A stretch of 64,000 nt of DNA from the IMG/VR virus record IMGVR_UViG_3300034122_002202, positions 64,001 through 128,000 of that record, one strand, 5' to 3'. The position numbers were made by a program, and so were the translations under genes. How positions within the stretch are numbered: position 1 is the stretch's first letter; every line of letters starts with the position of its first letter. Origin of the DNA: a virus. The notes under the pieces were generated by a model. It saw nothing but the letters and a program-made list of their open reading frames with translations, did no database searches and was not told the origin of the DNA. This document shows, piece by piece, positions 42,096 through 50,939 of the stretch.

Positions 42096-42519
42096 TGTCT
42101 AGTTCCTTTATTCTTTTAATTAAAGATTTAGATTGCTGAAAGGTTTTTCTAATTGGAAGTTCTACAGCTTCTTTTGATTCAGTCAAGCTTGAAATTTCTT
42201 TAAAGCTTTTTTCTTCTAAGATAATTAACTTCTTAAGCCAAGGAGCACCTAATGAAAATATCTTTTTGCCTTCTTTAGATCTAAGTGCTTTAGATACAAC
42301 TGCTGCATCATGATCTTTTAAGATTATATTGGCTAAATTTAATTGTTTAAAAAATTCCTTTTTCCATCTTGGTTTGTTCCAAAACTTAATAGGTAATTCT
42401 TCTAGGTTTTCTTTGGCTGTTCTTTCGCACATAACTTCAGCTAAGAATTGTGCTGGAGTAATCCAACCACCACCATGTCTGGATTCGTATTTGCTATCGT
42501 CACTTCTTTGTTTTGCCAT
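42088..42519 (-). CDS. Hypothetical protein
   Basis: Coupled ORF, 143 aa. Confidence 0.65.
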   Translation of the reverse strand: MAKQRSDDSKYESRHGGGWITPAQFLAEVMCERTAKENLEELPIKFWNKPRWKKEFFKQLNLANIILKDHDAAVVSKALRSKEGKKIFSLGAPWLKKLIILEEKSFKEISSLTESKEAVELPIRKTFQQSKSLIKRIKELDNE

Positions 42520-42521
42520 AA

Positions 42522-42938
42522 TTAATCATTCATTATTACTGGATCTATAGAAAGATTTTCTAAGATCCTATCTTCTTCATTTATTACTATTAACTCAGGA
42601 ACCTTTATACTCTTTATTCGTGCAACATTGCCAATTATTTCGCCAGAAACAAAAAGATTTATGGAATAGTCAGATGATAACTGTCCAATTACCCCATTTG
42701 AAAAATAATAACCTTGTGCGTTCTCTGGAAAAGGTTCAAAAAAATTAGATCTAAACTGAAAGTAAAGCTTTGTAATCTTTAATCCAGTATTAATTATATG
42801 TTTTTTTAATCTAATCCAAGCAGAATTTATTTCTAAGTTTGGCCTATCATCATCTTGATAGACTTTTGTACCATCAGAAAGTACAGCTATCCATCTAGGC
42901 TTTTCAAAAATAAAATCGTCTTCTTTAGTACAAATCAT
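42522..42938 (-). CDS. Hypothetical protein
   Basis: Coupled ORF, 138 aa. Confidence 0.65.
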   Translation of the reverse strand: MICTKEDDFIFEKPRWIAVLSDGTKVYQDDDRPNLEINSAWIRLKKHIINTGLKITKLYFQFRSNFFEPFPENAQGYYFSNGVIGQLSSDYSINLFVSGEIIGNVARIKSIKVPELIVINEEDRILENLSIDPVIMND

Positions 42939-43222
42939 ATTTTGTGCCTTGTATTCTTATATCTATCTAAGAATTCATGGTTAATATTATCTTTTTTAGC
43001 ATTCATGTCGTCTGCAACACCTTGCTTTTCAGTCATAGAGACTGTTCCGCTATAAACTTGAAACGCATTGGATGCTTTGGTTTTTGAAGCGTTATATAAT
43101 TCTTGAATGTCTTCGATCTTAGCACCAACTTTTTCTGCTATAGATTCAATAGTTTGCAAGTGCGAGTTTGACTTTATATAAAACTCTTTAACTTCATCAA
43201 TAACAAATTTTTTATTTTTCAT
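42935..43222 (-). CDS. Hypothetical protein (possible HTH)
   Basis: TIESIAEKVG motif. Confidence 0.55.
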   Translation of the reverse strand: MKNKKFVIDEVKEFYIKSNSHLQTIESIAEKVGAKIEDIQELYNASKTKASNAFQVYSGTVSMTEKQGVADDMNAKKDNINHEFLDRYKNTRHKI

Positions 43223-43563
43223 GCTATAGCACTCCTATCTGCGTTTCTAATGAAAGATGTTTTTTTTGTAGTAAGATATGAAATATAATGATTAAAACAT
43301 TCTTCACTAACTTTTCTATAGTGATATTTGTTTTTGCCAGTATAGTTATCAAATCTTCTTAGTTCTTCAACAAGATCTGTTTCTGGATCAAACAATTTGC
43401 TTGGACTGAAAGACGAAAGGCACATCTTAACCCAGTAAGAATAAGTGTTGTTGGTTATGTCCAATGATTTTTTAGCTAAACAAAAAGCTTCATTTGGATC
43501 TATGTCATTTGCATCTTTATCATATCCATATGATTTTATTTCTGGATCATCATAGATTTCCAT
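43219..43563 (-). CDS. Hypothetical protein
   Basis: Coupled ORF, 114 aa. Confidence 0.6.
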   Translation of the reverse strand: MEIYDDPEIKSYGYDKDANDIDPNEAFCLAKKSLDITNNTYSYWVKMCLSSFSPSKLFDPETDLVEELRRFDNYTGKNKYHYRKVSEECFNHYISYLTTKKTSFIRNADRSAIA

Positions 43564-43913
43564 TACTTTCTCCTAGAAGTTTTAAACAATATGTTATCTT
43601 CATCAATTACAATATCATCTAAGTTTGTAACTTCAGTATAGTGTTCTGGATTTTCTTTATCTTCAATAATAAATCCAGCAGCACGAAATATTCCTTTTAC
43701 TTCTGTAATAAAACTTTTGTCATTACAGTAACAGCATTCTGCTATACACTTCCAAATAAATGGTGTTCCATCACTTTTCTTTTCGTTTGGCTTTACAATC
43801 AAAACATCTACTAATGGCTTATTACAATTACTACATTTTATAATTACATGCCCACCATCTACTAAACCTTCTTTTGGTTTTTCTTTTTCATCTTCTTGTT
43901 TTAACTTGCTCAT
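43563..43913 (-). CDS. Zinc-ribbon hypothetical protein
   Basis: CSNC...CCYC. Confidence 0.6.
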   Translation of the reverse strand: MSKLKQEDEKEKPKEGLVDGGHVIIKCSNCNKPLVDVLIVKPNEKKSDGTPFIWKCIAECCYCNDKSFITEVKGIFRAAGFIIEDKENPEHYTEVTNLDDIVIDEDNILFKTSRRK

Positions 43914-44275
43914 TTTTTTTCTCCTTTGTCTATATATTTCCTAATATTCTTAATCTTATCAACATTTAATATTTTGTCTTGTTTTTCAAGACCTTTTACT
44001 TTTCCAGACCTCCACCAAGGAAGCTTATTATCTGCTTCTTCTTTTTCTTTTGCAATCTTTTCTTTTATTTTTCCACCTTCTCTTTTAAAGTTTTGTTCGC
44101 TTATTTGGCCTAATGTTTCCCCGCCTTTGACATAACTAATTATGCCACCAGAAAATACTTGAACCAATTTGTTTTTTTTACAATTTGGACATTTTTCCAA
44201 ATGACCTTCTGCAAAAGTACGAAATTCTTCTATTGAATTATTGCAATTTTCACATGTGTATTCATAGGTTGGCAT
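43910..44275 (-). CDS. FmdB-family zinc-ribbon protein
   Basis: MPTYEYTCENC...CPNC. Confidence 0.85.
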   Translation of the reverse strand: MPTYEYTCENCNNSIEEFRTFAEGHLEKCPNCKKNKLVQVFSGGIISYVKGGETLGQISEQNFKREGGKIKEKIAKEKEEADNKLPWWRSGKVKGLEKQDKILNVDKIKNIRKYIDKGEKK

Positions 44276-44276
44276 A

Positions 44277-44516
44277 TTAAAATCCATCCTCTTCTTCTTC
44301 TTCGTCATCATGTAAATCAACGCAATATTTCATCTTCCAAGAATCATGAGTAAACTCAAGTGCTTCTGGTGGAAATCCGTCACGCATAACATTGGCATCT
44401 AAATCAAAATAAGCAACTAAAATTTCACCAGTCTCTTTATTTGTATTAACGACAGTCATTGGCATACTTCCAGACTTTAAACAAACAACATCACCATTTT
44501 GAAATGACTCATTCAT
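44277..44516 (-). CDS. YodC/DUF2158-family protein
   Basis: FQNGDVVCLKSGSMPMTV...FPPEALE. Confidence 0.8.
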   Translation of the reverse strand: MNESFQNGDVVCLKSGSMPMTVVNTNKETGEILVAYFDLDANVMRDGFPPEALEFTHDSWKMKYCVDLHDDEEEEEDGF

Positions 44517-45378
44517 AATTACCTCTATATATATTAGTGCATTGTTCATATAGATAGTCATCAGACATGGGCATTGATTTTATTTTTTCTAGATTGTTAT
44601 TAATTGCATCCATCTTGCTATTATACAATTCTTCATTTAAAGTACCAACATCAAATCCCCCTTTGTATTGTATTATTCCTTTTTCATCAAAAAAGTTTCC
44701 TATTTCGGGAGTGCCTAAGTATATTGGTATTGTTCCATAGGCAAAACAATCAGTTAATAGTTCTGCAAAAAAATAAGAATTAAAATTATTTTGTATTACT
44801 ATGGAAAACATGTAATCTTTTAATGCGTTTTCTTTTTTATAAAAATTATCGTATCTTTCTCCAGTGCGTGGAGAATCAAAAGCACCACCATAAATATCAA
44901 CTTTATCTTTATATATTTGAGCAACAGAATGTCTATATAGATGTTCTTTGCATAATTTTTTATCAGAACAAATCATTGAACATTTTTTTGTTTTTGGGTA
45001 AACACCCCAAAGTTCTCTTGGTGTCCAAGGTATATTGCTGCAAGAATAGGAAAATTTAAATCTTGGATCTAATGACAATAGATATTTATCAGATGTGAAA
45101 ACAAAATCTAAAGAAGAAAAGATATGCTTATAATTATATTTTATATATTCATAAAGATTACCATAAATAGTAGTGGACTCACATAACCAACCAACTCTAA
45201 GAACAGATTGTTTTTTGGGAACAGAAAATGATTCTTGAACTATAGAATAATCCATAAAGACTTCTATATCTGAATCACTTTTTGTCCAATCAAATAATGT
45301 TGGTTTGATGTTTGAACAACTTGAATGCTCAATGTTAAATGGAGCACCAAATGCCTTAAGGGTTCCTCTTTTTGACAT
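44509..45378 (-). CDS. Glycosyltransferase family 10-like (fucosyltransferase fold)
   Basis: DYMFSIVIQN...YFFAELLTDCFAYGTIPIYLG, variant of the ENxxxxxYxTEK motif. Confidence 0.75.
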   Translation of the reverse strand: MSKRGTLKAFGAPFNIEHSSCSNIKPTLFDWTKSDSDIEVFMDYSIVQESFSVPKKQSVLRVGWLCESTTIYGNLYEYIKYNYKHIFSSLDFVFTSDKYLLSLDPRFKFSYSCSNIPWTPRELWGVYPKTKKCSMICSDKKLCKEHLYRHSVAQIYKDKVDIYGGAFDSPRTGERYDNFYKKENALKDYMFSIVIQNNFNSYFFAELLTDCFAYGTIPIYLGTPEIGNFFDEKGIIQYKGGFDVGTLNEELYNSKMDAINNNLEKIKSMPMSDDYLYEQCTNIYRGNYE

Positions 45379-45454
45379 TTTTCCTTTTTTCCTTTTTAAG
45401 CTTCTTAATCCTACAAGAACATCTTTTTGATCTTTTCAAACTAGTTCTTATCAT
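45356..45454 (-). CDS. Possible 32-aa basic peptide
   Basis: ATGA overlap with nrdJ stop; MIRTSLKRSKRCSCRIKKLKKEKRKNVKKRNP. Confidence 0.35.
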   Translation of the reverse strand: MIRTSLKRSKRCSCRIKKLKKEKRKNVKKRNP

Positions 45455-47742
45455 AATAAACACGCACCGCCAGCACAAGCCAGTTCACCTTGTATATTTA
45501 TTGTGGATTTTTCTTCTAATACATTTAAATAGTTTACTTCTGAATAACTATCTATCAACTTATTCCATAAGTCTAAATTGTATGCGTCTTTAAGTGCATA
45601 TGTAGCATATTTTATGTTGGAACTAAAGCATTGATCAGAATATGTTTTAATTAATTTTTTCCACTCTTCTTGTTTTTCGTCTTTTGGTTCAAAATAACCA
45701 AGAACACAAGAACACGCATCCCATAAAGATTTAAAGTTATACTCAGAAAATTTTGGATAAATTTCATAAGCACTAGATGTAGCTTCAAAACCCCAATTTT
45801 TTATTTGTTCTTCAATTGAATAAACTGCTGTGAATGGAGCTTGATTATAATCTTTATCTCCAGTAGCAGCTATAAGTGATATTCCAGCAAGATCTGCACG
45901 ATGATCATAAATGTAGTCTTTTACCTTATCCCATTCATCATCTTGTACATGTATTGTATTAGATACATTATGATTTAATTCTTTTCTAACGCAAAGCTCT
46001 GGATTTTTACCAGAAACTACCCAATTTTTATAAGTTGAAACAACATTATCTAACATAGATATAGCGTTTATTTCTTCCTTAAGTACTGTTCCATATTGGG
46101 TTTGCACACAAAACCTTATACAATCATCTGTTTTATTAGATGACCATACAGATTCTTCACATGCTTGAGGATTAATAGTTTTAAAGTGTTGATAAGGAGA
46201 TTCAAGCTGGTTAGCTTGGACAATACGGAAATACCTCCTGCTATGATCTGGATGAATGCCTGATGTTGAACCTAATAAGGCAGCAGAATTGCCTTCTGGT
46301 TTGACACAAGTCGTTCTGGCAGCAGGGTTTATGTTTAAAATAGAGGCGTACTTTTTATTTGTATTCTTTACTATCTCAGCACCTTTCTGCTGAATTTCTG
46401 GATTTAAAAGTATTTTTGGATGGTGTTGCATACCATTAATTGAAACGCCCAATAATGCCTCTTTACGAGCGATAAGTTCTGTAATGTGACCCAAGTATGG
46501 GAAATTAGTAAAAGACGCTTGTAATGTACCAATAAACGCAGCAGCAGCACATCTTTCGTAGAAGTCTTCTTCTGAAGTTATTGTTTTTCCATTAATGGTT
46601 GATAAATTGCAGAATCCCCAACCAGAAAGACCGACCTCATCTTCTGGCATGTCATCTTTGCATGACTCTTTTGTTGTTATTGGTCCTTCATATAATGACA
46701 AAGCCTCGGCTAGTTCTGGACTGTTCTTCTTATAGAAGTGCCTAGTTATCCATGATATCTCACAGCATGGATTGCATAAGACATCGTAAAAATCAGCAAA
46801 GAAAAATCCTGGCTCACCAAACTCTTTTGTTGCTTTAAAAAGATTTTCAAACACTTCTTTAGAAGTATCTTTTCTATGGAGTAATGCAGAGATGTTTGCC
46901 CTAGCTCTTTGAGGATTAGTAAAATACCAATCACCAGTTTTTGCATTAATCATCAATTCATCATCAGCAGAAAATAAAGCTATGGTTGCAGATCTACGAA
47001 CACCGCCAGAGATAACAGCATCAGCAGCGTACATAACTATATCGAATGCATCTATTGTTCTTAATTCTGTTTGTTTATTAGCAAGACACCTATTAAGTAA
47101 ATTCCTAGTGTTTTCTAAAGCTTTTTCTAGTGGTTCATGGCCTGGAGCATTGCCTATGCCACAACCTAAAGGAGAACCTTTTTCTCTTATATCTACATAA
47201 CTAAATGCAACTTCAATATCTTTGTATTTTTCAAACCCTTTTATTGGAGTTTCAAAATATGAGGAAAGAAGAACGCCAAGAGCATCTGCCCAACCTTCAA
47301 TTGAATCTTCAACCCTGTGAACAAGATGTTGATAACAACATGTTTCTGGATCTAGTCTAGTGGATGAAAATTTTGGTAATAATTCGACATGGTGTTTTTG
47401 TACACTAAAGCCAGTTCCAGAGCCACAAAGCAGTAGGTAAAAACACTCTTGAAAAAACCTTAATCTATCGCAATAACTAGCAGAACAATTAAATATTCTT
47501 GCGTTATGCTTAAGAATTGGTTTTCCACCAAATTGTAATGCTCTTTGTGAACCCAATATTTTTTGATTTTTAATCATCCCATAATATTTTTCAATATCTT
47601 CATGCAAGGAAGGATTAACTTCAATCATCATATCTTTTATTCTATCTACGCTTTCTTCCCAAGTTTCTCTTCTTTTTTCAGACTCTATCCATCTAGCGTA
47701 CTTAGAAACAGCAGTATATTTTTGCAATTCTTTAATAGACAT
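45451..47742 (-). CDS. nrdJ: Class II (adenosylcobalamin-dependent) ribonucleotide reductase
   Basis: RRETW, FNC, GTGFSV, GGVRRSA, GEPG, NPCCEI, FCNL, TTCVKPEG, C-terminal CAGGAC; no beta subunit adjacent. Confidence 0.9.
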   Translation of the reverse strand: MSIKELQKYTAVSKYARWIESEKRRETWEESVDRIKDMMIEVNPSLHEDIEKYYGMIKNQKILGSQRALQFGGKPILKHNARIFNCSASYCDRLRFFQECFYLLLCGSGTGFSVQKHHVELLPKFSSTRLDPETCCYQHLVHRVEDSIEGWADALGVLLSSYFETPIKGFEKYKDIEVAFSYVDIREKGSPLGCGIGNAPGHEPLEKALENTRNLLNRCLANKQTELRTIDAFDIVMYAADAVISGGVRRSATIALFSADDELMINAKTGDWYFTNPQRARANISALLHRKDTSKEVFENLFKATKEFGEPGFFFADFYDVLCNPCCEISWITRHFYKKNSPELAEALSLYEGPITTKESCKDDMPEDEVGLSGWGFCNLSTINGKTITSEEDFYERCAAAAFIGTLQASFTNFPYLGHITELIARKEALLGVSINGMQHHPKILLNPEIQQKGAEIVKNTNKKYASILNINPAARTTCVKPEGNSAALLGSTSGIHPDHSRRYFRIVQANQLESPYQHFKTINPQACEESVWSSNKTDDCIRFCVQTQYGTVLKEEINAISMLDNVVSTYKNWVVSGKNPELCVRKELNHNVSNTIHVQDDEWDKVKDYIYDHRADLAGISLIAATGDKDYNQAPFTAVYSIEEQIKNWGFEATSSAYEIYPKFSEYNFKSLWDACSCVLGYFEPKDEKQEEWKKLIKTYSDQCFSSNIKYATYALKDAYNLDLWNKLIDSYSEVNYLNVLEEKSTINIQGELACAGGACLL

Positions 47743-47818
47743 AAAAACTCCATCTTCCATGCTGACCGCAAGGATAAGCAGAACTCTAAAGGTATGTAAT
47801 ACTGGCGATTACCAGCGG

Positions 47819-47831
47819 ATATAAATACACC
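47819..47831 (-). promoter_or_regulatory. Candidate promoter motif GGTGTATTTATAT
   Basis: Intergenic upstream of nrdJ; matches recurrent motif. Confidence 0.45.
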
Positions 47832-47888
47832 CACAACAATGATAAGACAGAAGAGATTCTTACTTATTTTTTTTGATATGACAATAGT

Positions 47889-48626
47889 CTATTTTTTATT
47901 TTTCAAACAAATGTTTCTTGCTTCTAAATAATCATATTTCCAATGAGGTTTAAGTATAATATCACCAATTGGTTCTAGCTTATTTAATATTTTTTGTTTT
48001 ATTGTTTTTTCTGTGTTTGAACTTACATTTTCTTGATAAAATGACATGTGATAGGTTTTTAGTGTTGACCATCTGTATATGTAAAATATTTCTTCTTCAG
48101 TTATTTTCTTAGAAGTTCTACCGTATATTTTATTTATTTTTTCAAAAAGATAGGAATCTAATGATGTAGTATCTAGTTCAATATAATTACCAACTTTTTC
48201 CCAACACTTTTTATGCATACATAAATTTGAATGAAATAAATTTGTAGACAAAGACAATTTTTTTGTTTCTTCTTCAAAAAAACCATTGTTTGTATGAAAT
48301 ATTCCGTTTGAATCTATGTTTTTAATTGAAAAAGATATTTTCCAAGGCAGAAAAATATCGTCATCATCCCAAACAAAAATGTATTCTCCAGAGCAGTGCG
48401 AAATGCATTCGTTAAATTTTTTGCCAATAGGGATTATTCTTTCTTTAGAGTTTATTATTTTTACTTCTGGATGATCAAAAAAAAGTGTTTGGTCTTGAAG
48501 ATCATTTAATATTATTAATTCTTTTTCACCATCATAATCTTGATTTAAAAAACTATAAATAGCTTCTTCTAAAAAACTTGTTCTTCCATAAGTTGGGCAA
48601 TAACAACTAACTTTTGGGTTCGGCAT
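47889..48626 (-). CDS. Glycosyltransferase family 2
   Basis: CPTYGR, IILND, IGKKFN, VWDDDD. Confidence 0.88.
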   Translation of the reverse strand: MPNPKVSCYCPTYGRTSFLEEAIYSFLNQDYDGEKELIILNDLQDQTLFFDHPEVKIINSKERIIPIGKKFNECISHCSGEYIFVWDDDDIFLPWKISFSIKNIDSNGIFHTNNGFFEEETKKLSLSTNLFHSNLCMHKKCWEKVGNYIELDTTSLDSYLFEKINKIYGRTSKKITEEEIFYIYRWSTLKTYHMSFYQENVSSNTEKTIKQKILNKLEPIGDIILKPHWKYDYLEARNICLKNKK

Positions 48627-48957
48627 AAACTAACTCTAAAAGATTTACTATTTCGCTTACAGATAAAGACTGTATAAGCTGAACTATTGTATCAGAAATT
48701 ATTTTAGCATCATTCTCTGGAACATTTGCTTTGATTATTTTATTGTATAGATTTTTTCTAATAAACATTCTTACAATTGGACCGCCTTTTTTTATTATTA
48801 ATGCTGTTACTTTAGATGATTTACAGTACTGTATTATTTTTATTCCTTCAAATATAAGACTAACAATCATAATTATTGTTAAGATACCAACAGCATCATA
48901 CTTTTTAAGTGTTTCTGATTTTTCTAATATTTCTTGTATTTTTTTATGCGACCGCAT
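48607..48957 (-). CDS. Membrane protein (one TM helix)
   Basis: GGAG RBS, ATG at 48957; AVGILTIIMIVSLIFEGI. Confidence 0.7.
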   Translation of the reverse strand: MRSHKKIQEILEKSETLKKYDAVGILTIIMIVSLIFEGIKIIQYCKSSKVTALIIKKGGPIVRMFIRKNLYNKIIKANVPENDAKIISDTIVQLIQSLSVSEIVNLLELVYAEPKS

Positions 48958-48959
48958 TA
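48945..48959 (-). promoter_or_regulatory. Candidate bacterial SECIS-like hairpin U-a-AUGC-GGUC-GCAU-A
   Basis: GGUC loop at +19..+22 after the in-frame TGA (48974-48972). Confidence 0.45.
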
Positions 48960-49115
48960 TTTTTTTCTCCGTCAGGTAAAACATTCTTCTTGTTTTGTGT
49001 TTTTTTTAACTTCATTTATTAGTTTGGAAAATGAAATCGAATCTTTTTCTATTAATGCAAATTGATCTTTAGATATATTTTGATTAAATAACAAAAAAAG
49101 AATTAAATTTAACAT
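48957..49115 (-). CDS. Small protein absent from ORF track; 47 aa to TGA, or 52 aa ending CFTU-RRKK if TGA is selenocysteine
   Basis: ATG 3 nt after previous stop; hydrophobic N-terminus; TGT TTT ACC TGA CGG AGA AAA AAA TAA; TAATG coupling to next gene. Confidence 0.7.
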
Positions 49116-49118
49116 GAT

Positions 49119-49997
49119 TTACTTTTTGTTTTTTATAATAGATTGGCTTGTTCTTATTGCCCATTCAATACCAGATGTTCCACCCCATCCTAACCATGCA
49201 ACTACTGCTGGAATAGTCCAAGGTTTAGTTTTATACTCTGGTTTAGATTTTGCTTTTTCGTAATTAGATCCATGTCTATTGAATTGAGCCATTCTTTTTA
49301 CTGTATCGGCAGACAACATGGCGTTTCCAGCCAAGTCTCTTGCTCTTGCCCAGCCAACAGCAGTCATGCCTTTACATTCTTTGCCGTATTTTTCTTTCCA
49401 ATCCAATACTTTTTTTGCATTATTTCTAGCTGATTGTGGAGCATCATAAGTTTCAGCAGATTTACTAAAATAATTTTCAATGTCTGAAGAAGCTTTACTT
49501 TTAATTATTATATCTTTAATAGAATCTAAAAATTCTGAATAATCAATTTTTTCGTACAGATAAGAAGATGAAGTTTTTTTTGAACTTTTTGGATGACCGC
49601 TTGGCAACAAGTCATTGTCTTGCTTGTAATTAGGATTAGATGGTCTTTTATTGCGAAGCAAATATAAAAAAGCTCTAACTCTAGCCAATCCCCATCCTGT
49701 TCTATTCATGTTTGGTGCATGACTAGTAGAAAATGCTCCAGCACCTCTTCTAAAAACAGATTTTAATTGACCCATATTGGCTTTAAATTCTGGATCTTTT
49801 TCATTGTGTTTCTGCATTAAAGCTTTAATTTTATCTTCTGTTTCTGAAGATAGCTCTATGCTTTTATTTGGTTTATTTGCAGAGTCTTTTGGGTTTTTTT
49901 TAGAACCCCCTTTTTTTTCTTCTGGTTTTGCTGGAGTTTTCCTTGGATCATCCTTGTCTGGTTTTCCATATTGTAAACCTTCAGCTTTATCTGTCAT
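49119..49997 (-). CDS. Two-domain phage protein of unknown function (RRGAGAF..WGLARV and GWARARDLA..VAWLGWGG domains)
   Basis: Both motifs recalled from phage head-associated proteins; function unknown. Confidence 0.55.
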   Translation of the reverse strand: MTDKAEGLQYGKPDKDDPRKTPAKPEEKKGGSKKNPKDSANKPNKSIELSSETEDKIKALMQKHNEKDPEFKANMGQLKSVFRRGAGAFSTSHAPNMNRTGWGLARVRAFLYLLRNKRPSNPNYKQDNDLLPSGHPKSSKKTSSSYLYEKIDYSEFLDSIKDIIIKSKASSDIENYFSKSAETYDAPQSARNNAKKVLDWKEKYGKECKGMTAVGWARARDLAGNAMLSADTVKRMAQFNRHGSNYEKAKSKPEYKTKPWTIPAVVAWLGWGGTSGIEWAIRTSQSIIKNKK

Positions 49998-50008
49998 ATT
50001 AAATCCTT

Positions 50009-50932
50009 CTAAATAAGCATAAATAGTTTTTTGTCTATCAACTGTTCTGGAAAACCTTCAAAATTACTATAGGCAAATGTTTCACCTTGCCTAATATGTT
50101 TTTCAGCATCTTTCTTTCTAACTCTAAGAGTACCAATAGGAAGGGCTTCGCCAGTATTAAAGTCTTTAAGCTCTCCATGAGCATCGCCCCAACTGTTAAC
50201 AATAATAGCATATGGATCATCAGCCCTATCATCAACACCTATAAAGCACATCTGATGACCCCAATTATCTGTTTGACGATGAAAACCATCGTTTGCTGGT
50301 GTCATCGTATAACCAATATCGCTAGCAGTTGTGCAAGGATAGCCATTAACGATAGCCTCTACTAATTGATCCCAACTTTTAATTTGGGCAGCAGATTTTA
50401 CTGGGTGCTTAGTTCCTTCTTCAATAAACTTTTTATCTGGACCAGGAGTGTCACCCCATTTTTTAGCTACGCTTCCTGCATACTTAGGAACACCATCAAA
50501 ATTACTACGCAAAACACCATACTTAATAACTGCATCTGCCATCCAACTACCAAGAGATCCATCATCGCCATTAAGTTGTCCACGACCAATAAGAACTCTT
50601 CCTGTTCCATAAAGATATGGTGGAAATACAAATTCAAATTTTTCGTGATCACCCTTCATAAGTTTTTCAGTAGCCATTAAATACTCAACTGCATTTTTAG
50701 CACCAAAACTTACGCAGTCACCAATTTCTTGAGCATAATTGGGAGTATCTTTACCAAGAACTTTACGAACAACATCATAAAGCATCATTTTTTTACCTTT
50801 AGTGTCTTGGCTTTTGCCATAAACATTAAAGTCTCTAAATGATCCACCATCTTTAATTAAATTAAATTCACTTTCAACAAGCGAAGGATTGTCTTTTCCT
50901 GCCCAACCATTAAGCTTTGATAATTCAGACAT
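50009..50932 (-). CDS. Papain-like (C1) cysteine peptidase
   Basis: QEIGDCVSFG (Q, C), WGHQM (H), IIVNSWG (N) catalytic motifs. Confidence 0.85.
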   Translation of the reverse strand: MSELSKLNGWAGKDNPSLVESEFNLIKDGGSFRDFNVYGKSQDTKGKKMMLYDVVRKVLGKDTPNYAQEIGDCVSFGAKNAVEYLMATEKLMKGDHEKFEFVFPPYLYGTGRVLIGRGQLNGDDGSLGSWMADAVIKYGVLRSNFDGVPKYAGSVAKKWGDTPGPDKKFIEEGTKHPVKSAAQIKSWDQLVEAIVNGYPCTTASDIGYTMTPANDGFHRQTDNWGHQMCFIGVDDRADDPYAIIVNSWGDAHGELKDFNTGEALPIGTLRVRKKDAEKHIRQGETFAYSNFEGFPEQLIDKKLFMLI

Positions 50933-50939
50933 GTTTCAC

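Noticed and set aside
45448-45480. Selenocysteine readthrough at the nrdJ TGA after CAGGACLL
   Set aside because: TGA is immediately followed by TAA, the C-terminal Cys pair is already complete, and no SECIS-like hairpin follows.
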